The notes beneath the pieces were generated by a model. That model saw nothing but the letters and a program-made list of their open reading frames with translations. It had not been told where the DNA came from and ran no database searches. This document shows, piece by piece, positions 32,102-35,852 of a stretch of 35,852 nucleotides of DNA. The stretch lies in the IMG/VR virus record IMGVR_UViG_3300027640_000001. The stretch is one strand, 5' to 3'. Position numbers and translations under genes: made by a program. The stretch is from a virus. The stretch's first letter is position 1; each line of letters starts with the position of its first letter.

Positions 32102-32521
32102 GCGTCCGCTCCCATCGTTCACGGGCGCGGTCGCGCCAGTCCATCAGTTCATACAGGGGCATGGCGTTCATCTGCTCCGGCCCCCAGTGGAACACCAGGG
32201 CGATGTCGGCCATGACGTCGTCTACGCAGCGGGGGATTCCGCTGCCCCCTTCTTCTGCAAAAAAACCGCGACGGCATCCGCGCAGAGCACCAGGTCGGCG
32301 ATGTCCATGGCGGCAACGTCCTGCTCGGTCAGGGTCGGCTGGCTGATGCGCGGCACCAGGCGAATGGTGGCGTTGACGTCGCCATGCAGCAGGTCGGTCA
32401 GCTTAAGGCCGCGCAGCTCGCCGGCGGCGGGTTTGCGCAGGGTGATTTCGGTGATCTTGGTGTCGCCGCGTTTGATCGGCTCTTCCAGCACGATCGGGTC
32501 GCTGTAGGTGGGCTTGCTCAT
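32076..32521 (-). CDS. gpE+E' tail assembly chaperone made by a -1 programmed frameshift
   Basis: After slipping at T TTT TTG, the -1 frame reads AEEGGSGIPRCVDDVMADIALVFHWGPEQMNAMPLYELMDWRDRARERWERTHGAAGSKP*. The stop at 32076-32078 overlaps the T start. The frame arithmetic is consistent with -1. Confidence 0.7.
32222..32521 (-). CDS. gpE: Tail assembly chaperone gpE-like
   Basis: 99 aa between FII and T. Confidence 0.85.
   Translation of the reverse strand: MSKPTYSDPIVLEEPIKRGDTKITEITLRKPAAGELRGLKLTDLLHGDVNATIRLVPRISQPTLTEQDVAAMDIADLVLCADAVAVFLQKKGAAESPAA
32259..32265 (-). promoter_or_regulatory. Slippery heptamer for the E/E' frameshift
   Basis: The A7 run on the plus strand reads GTT TTT TTG in the E frame on the minus strand. 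Confidence 0.7.
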
Positions 32522-32575
32522 AGGGTTGCTCCTTGGGTTGCGAAAGGCGCGCCGGCACGCTGGCCGGCGCCGGGA

Positions 32576-33091
32576 TTACAGGCCGATGGCCTTGCGGTGC
32601 TCGGCGAGCAAATCTTTGCCGTCGACGTTGTAGACGAAGTTGAGCAGGTCGATCTCGACGATGACCGCGCCGTCCACGCTGAGCTTGTAGTAGCTGCAGG
32701 TGGTGGTGATCGAATGCTCGGTGTCTTCGCCGGGCTCGGCATCACCGAAGTCGATTTCTTCATGCCGGCCGCGCACGACCACCTCGACGGCCGTTACTTC
32801 GCCGGTGTCATCACGCTGTACGGAGCCGGAGAAGCGCAGCTGTACGGCGTCGACGCTGACGGCGCCGAACTGCTTGAGGACGGTCAGGTCCCAGCCGCCG
32901 AGGGTCCATTCCAGCTGGATGCCGTCATCGGAGTGGCCCATGTCGACCTTGACCGGGCCGTCCATGCCGGCGCCGCGCCAGCTTTCCATCTTGCGGCTGA
33001 GCGTGGGCAGGGTGACCGACTTGGACACGCCGACGTAGCTGTTGCCGTCGTTGAATACGTTGAGGTGCTTGAGCTTTTTAGGCAGGGCCAT
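32576..33091 (-). CDS. gpFII: Tail tube protein gpFII-like
   Basis: 171 aa, MALPKKLKHLNVFNDGNSYVG... Confidence 0.9.
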   Translation of the reverse strand: MALPKKLKHLNVFNDGNSYVGVSKSVTLPTLSRKMESWRGAGMDGPVKVDMGHSDDGIQLEWTLGGWDLTVLKQFGAVSVDAVQLRFSGSVQRDDTGEVTAVEVVVRGRHEEIDFGDAEPGEDTEHSITTTCSYYKLSVDGAVIVEIDLLNFVYNVDGKDLLAEHRKAIGL

Positions 33092-33137
33092 GTGGGCGCT
33101 CTCCTACGGCGCGGCCGGGGCCGCGCGGGTGAATGGG

Positions 33138-34328
33138 TTAGGCGTTGACGCGGCTGGCGAAGTCGACCAGGTAGCGATCGGTGATGCGCTGGCGGAGCAT
33201 GAGATTCTCGAGCGGCGGCACCGGGGTGTAGTCGTAGTCCAGGTAGAGCTTGCCGGCCTTGAGGGTGTCCTTGTCGTTGGCGGCCTCGTCGTACCAGCAC
33301 TCGCCGCCAATGAGGTAGCCGTTGCGGATCAGCTCGCGGAACTTGGCGTTGATGCCTTCGACGATGTCGCGCACCAGGCTGGCGTGCATGGGCTTGTCCA
33401 CCGCCCAGAAGTGCGCTTCGGCCATGGTGTCGGCCAGCACCTGGGCGGTGCGGGTGTAGTTCTCGAAGGCAAACAGCGGATCGGCGCTGCAGGTGCGCGA
33501 GCCCCAGAAGCGGAAGCCGTCACGGCGGATCAGCGTGGTGACTTCGTCGGCGTTCAGCAGGCCGGCATCGGTGGCCGGATTCTGCAGGTCCCAGTAGATA
33601 TCCTTAGACAGGCCGGTGACGCCGTTGACTGGCACGTTGGAGAGCGTCTTGTGCCAGCCGACCTGCTCGTCCAGCTTGGCGCGCAAGCCCAGGGCGCGCG
33701 CCACGGCGCTGGCGGGGGCGTTGGCATTGGCCACGGTGTCCCAGGAGACGAAATCCGGCCAGATCAGCATGAGTTCACGGGCGCCGAAGCCGGCACGGTA
33801 GGCGATGGCCTCGGATACGGTGGCGCAGGCCCAGGCAGAGGCATAGGCGAATGCCCGCAACTTCTCGGCAGTGGCAACCAGCTCGGTGGTGACGGGGAGC
33901 GTATCCAGCCCCGGCACACCGATGATGCGTGGCTTGACGCCCAGCTGGGCTTCGGCGGCGAGCAATGCCTTCATGCCGGTGTACTGACCATCCGCCGTGA
34001 CGGTGCCGATGATCTTGCTGTTCTGGTCCGCTTCTTTGGCGGCGGCATCGATGCCCTCGCCGTCCGCCACGCGCACCACCACAACGATGGGGCTGGCCTG
34101 GTCGGCGATGGCGTCCAGGGACTTGGCCAGCGTACCCAGGGTGCCGGCCTTGCCAACGGCGGTGAGCACGTCGGTCAGCAGAACGGGTTTATCCAGCGGA
34201 AAGGTAACGGCGTCGGCATCGCTGCCGGTGCAGACCATGCCCACCACGGCGGTGGCGACGGTGCGGATCGGGCGCGTGCCCTGGTTGATTTCGACGACGC
34301 GTACGCCGTGATGGTAATCGGTGGCCAT
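33138..34328 (-). CDS. gpFI: Tail sheath protein gpFI-like
   Basis: 396 aa, [24 protein letters not shown]... Confidence 0.92.
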   Translation of the reverse strand: MATDYHHGVRVVEINQGTRPIRTVATAVVGMVCTGSDADAVTFPLDKPVLLTDVLTAVGKAGTLGTLAKSLDAIADQASPIVVVVRVADGEGIDAAAKEADQNSKIIGTVTADGQYTGMKALLAAEAQLGVKPRIIGVPGLDTLPVTTELVATAEKLRAFAYASAWACATVSEAIAYRAGFGARELMLIWPDFVSWDTVANANAPASAVARALGLRAKLDEQVGWHKTLSNVPVNGVTGLSKDIYWDLQNPATDAGLLNADEVTTLIRRDGFRFWGSRTCSADPLFAFENYTRTAQVLADTMAEAHFWAVDKPMHASLVRDIVEGINAKFRELIRNGYLIGGECWYDEAANDKDTLKAGKLYLDYDYTPVPPLENLMLRQRITDRYLVDFASRVNA

Positions 34329-34407
34329 GTGAGCTCCTGCAGGGCTGTGCCAGATCAGTGAGGCTTGATCGTGACGCGCGCGCGCAAGAGCCGGTAGCGG
34401 CGGGCCG

Positions 34408-34426
34408 TGTATGGGATGGCGCTACA
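34408..34426 (-). promoter_or_regulatory. Candidate Ogr-type late-promoter activator site upstream of FI (TGT-N13-ACA)
   Basis: The minus strand reads cTGTagcgccatcccatACAcggcc, 79 nt upstream of the FI ATG and just downstream of the G terminator. Confidence 0.55.
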
Positions 34427-34435
34427 GCACAGACG

Positions 34436-34461
34436 AAAAAAAGCCCCGCCGAAGCAGGGCT
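34436..34461 (-). terminator. Rho-independent terminator after the tail-fibre operon
   Basis: On the minus strand, AGCCCTGC-ttcg-GCGGGGCT (one mismatch, UUCG loop) is followed by T7. Confidence 0.75.
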
Positions 34462-34481
34462 AATTTTTACCTACTGCAAGG

Positions 34482-35063
34482 TCAGGCGGCGTTACCGACG
34501 CCGGCCACGGCTGCCTGGATGGCGGCAATGGTCTGCTCGGCCACCAGCTGAGCCTGAGCGACATCGCCGGCGGTCATCAGCGTGCGAATCTGCTCTTTCG
34601 CCGCCAGGCGTTGCTCACGGATATAGAACAGCGCCTCGGTGTAGGCCTCAGCCTCGGCGAGGATGCTGTCTGCCGCTTGCTGTGCGGTGCGGCCGTTGAT
34701 CGCCCAGGCGGCGACGGTGCGCGGCACGGCATCGGCCGGGTAGCCGGCGGCTTTGAACTCGCCCGCCTGTGCGGCGGCACGGTCGTACTCGACGGCGCGG
34801 AGTGGGTCGGCCGCTACCCTGGCGCGGGCGAGGTCTGCGGCACGGTCGACCGAAGCGCAAAGCTCGGTTTCCGTTGGGATATGGACCGGTGGGTCGATCA
34901 GGATCGGCAGGCCGTTGACGTCAGCGCCTAGCAGTTTGCCGACGGCCTGGCCACTAAGTAGTGCCGCATGGTGCTCGGCGGTGATTTCAACGGCGTCCGG
35001 TGGAAGGCTTGCATGGAATACATCGTTATAAAAAGCATGGTTTGTTGCGCTGAAATAAAGCAT
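34482..35063 (-). CDS. gpG: Tail fibre assembly protein gpG-like
   Basis: MLYFSATNHAFYNDVFHASLPPDAVEITAEHHAALL is a typical assembly-chaperone N-terminus. Confidence 0.85.
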   Translation of the reverse strand: MLYFSATNHAFYNDVFHASLPPDAVEITAEHHAALLSGQAVGKLLGADVNGLPILIDPPVHIPTETELCASVDRAADLARARVAADPLRAVEYDRAAAQAGEFKAAGYPADAVPRTVAAWAINGRTAQQAADSILAEAEAYTEALFYIREQRLAAKEQIRTLMTAGDVAQAQLVAEQTIAAIQAAVAGVGNAA

Positions 35064-35072
35064 TTGTACTCC

Positions 35073-35852
35073 TTAATTGCCTATAGCAACGATGCGAGCG
35101 CCAACCGAGTTTGTACCGGCCTTGACCATGGCCGCGCCTCCAGCGGCGTTGAATCCGCTCCAAGTTACCCCTGTCGCCGTATAGGCGTTGATTACGGCAA
35201 TCGCTTGAACTTCGGTGCTATTCGTTTGCGTAGTCACCTGAACGCTCCTGACAACGCCCGGAAACGCTATCGGAAATAGCACATCTTGCGTGCCGTCGGC
35301 TTCTGAAAGTGAGTAAACCCACTGGATGATTAGACCACCCAGCCAGAACGGGAACGCGATGTAACCGGCGGCCGAGCTACCGAGGCTTATCGCAAAGCCC
35401 ATGCGCAGCTTTTTCGGCGTCACAATGGTCGCGTCATCCGTGCCAGCTTCTGTCTCCGCTTGGGTGGCGACTTTGGCAATGCCTAGCACCGTCTCGGTGG
35501 CTTGCACGACTTTTTTCGCGATCGCCTGAAACACCCGCAGCGGCGTCATGGTGGTGTCGTTATCAGTTCCCGCTTCGGCCTGCAGCTGCGTCGAGAATCG
35601 CTTGGTAATGGCCTGCCAGACACGAAGCGGCGTCATAATCTTGGTGTTTTCGGTGCCCGCCTCGGCCTCGGCCTGGCCGGCGCGCACGGTGAGGTCATCG
35701 ACATATTTGCGTGTCGCCAGCACCACGCTGGGGTCGATCTTCAGCTGAATGCTCGCGGTGCTGCTCACCAGGATGTTGAGGCGCACCACCTGAGTTCGGC
35801 CGCTGCCCTGGGCGAGCTCCGGTTTATAAGTCGGCGGGCAGTTGGCCACCGC
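35073..35852 (-). CDS. gpH: Tail fibre protein (gpH-like), 3' part of the junction-spanning gene
   Basis: The frame is continuous with 1..439. The apparent M at 35849 is an internal GTG (Val) codon. Confidence 0.85.
   Translation of the reverse strand, partial: AVANCPPTYKPELAQGSGRTQVVRLNILVSSTASIQLKIDPSVVLATRKYVDDLTVRAGQAEAEAGTENTKIMTPLRVWQAITKRFSTQLQAEAGTDNDTTMTPLRVFQAIAKKVVQATETVLGIAKVATQAETEAGTDDATIVTPKKLRMGFAISLGSSAAGYIAFPFWLGGLIIQWVYSLSEADGTQDVLFPIAFPGVVRSVQVTTQTNSTEVQAIAVINAYTATGVTWSGFNAAGGAAMVKAGTNSVGARIVAIGN
35394..35678 (-). repeat. Three tandem copies of the phage tail-fibre repeat within H
   Basis: AEAEAGTENTKIMTPLRVWQAITKRF / LQAEAGTDNDTTMTPLRVFQAIAKKV / TQAETEAGTDDATIVTPKKLRMGFA. 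Confidence 0.8.
35726..35852. repeat. Terminal direct repeat, copy 2 (identical to 1..127)
   Basis: Same 127-nt string as the window start. It lies inside the tail-fibre reading frame and keeps that frame. Confidence 0.97.

Larger units (their letters stand above)
1..35852. mobile_element. Complete circularly permuted genome of a temperate P2/186/phiCTX-like myophage (35,725 bp unique plus a 127-bp assembly overlap)
   Basis: Full P2-type structural synteny, integrase plus attP, an immunity switch and identical 127-bp ends. Confidence 0.85.

Noticed and set aside
32549-32570. GC-rich hairpin (GCGCCGGC-n6-GCCGGCGC) between FII and E as an intra-operon terminator
   Set aside because: The stem is only 8 bp and is followed by just three U residues on the coding strand. 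It is too weak to call, though it may modulate mRNA stability.

Overview
The window is one complete, circularly closed genome of a temperate P2/186/phiCTX-like myophage with high GC (about 60-65% by hand counts). It probably comes from a Pseudomonas-type host. Bases 1-127 are identical to 35726-35852, so the unique length is 35,725 bp and the tail-fibre gene runs across the artificial ends. The backbone is almost gene-for-gene P2. On the minus strand are O-N-M-L-X, a lysis cassette, R-S-V-W-J-I-H-G, then FI-FII-E/E'-T-U-D, with P-Q (terminase, portal) divergent on the plus strand. The early and lysogeny side resembles 186 and phiCTX. It has a short XRE-type CI facing a Ner/Apl-like Cro. Downstream of Cro on the minus strand come a CII(CP76)-like regulator, an Ogr/Delta zinc-finger activator, a 917-aa zinc-ribbon/Toprim/P-loop replication protein and a tyrosine integrase. 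Beyond the integrase the order is attP (a tRNA-Ser-like 3' end), a candidate cos, a moron, then Q, which matches the published phiCTX attP-cos-ctx layout. Three accessory loci stand out. (1) A low-GC two-gene cassette downstream of cI encodes a 331-aa soluble protein and a 188-aa four-TM protein. Its position, order and topology match lambda rexA-rexB, and I could not place it in a known family. (2) A low-GC 204-aa protein with an RNxxxH (HEPN-type) motif sits in the slot where phiCTX carries ctx. (3) An SOS cassette centres on a perfect LexA box between a miniature SRAP-like gene (MCG... / HDRWP) and umuD-umuC. Its UmuD-like protein appears to have lost the catalytic Lys and the Cys/Ala-Gly cleavage site. 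It is followed by a 54-aa ORF that resembles the C-terminal segment of the phage CI. All domain calls were made by eye from the translations; no searches were run.
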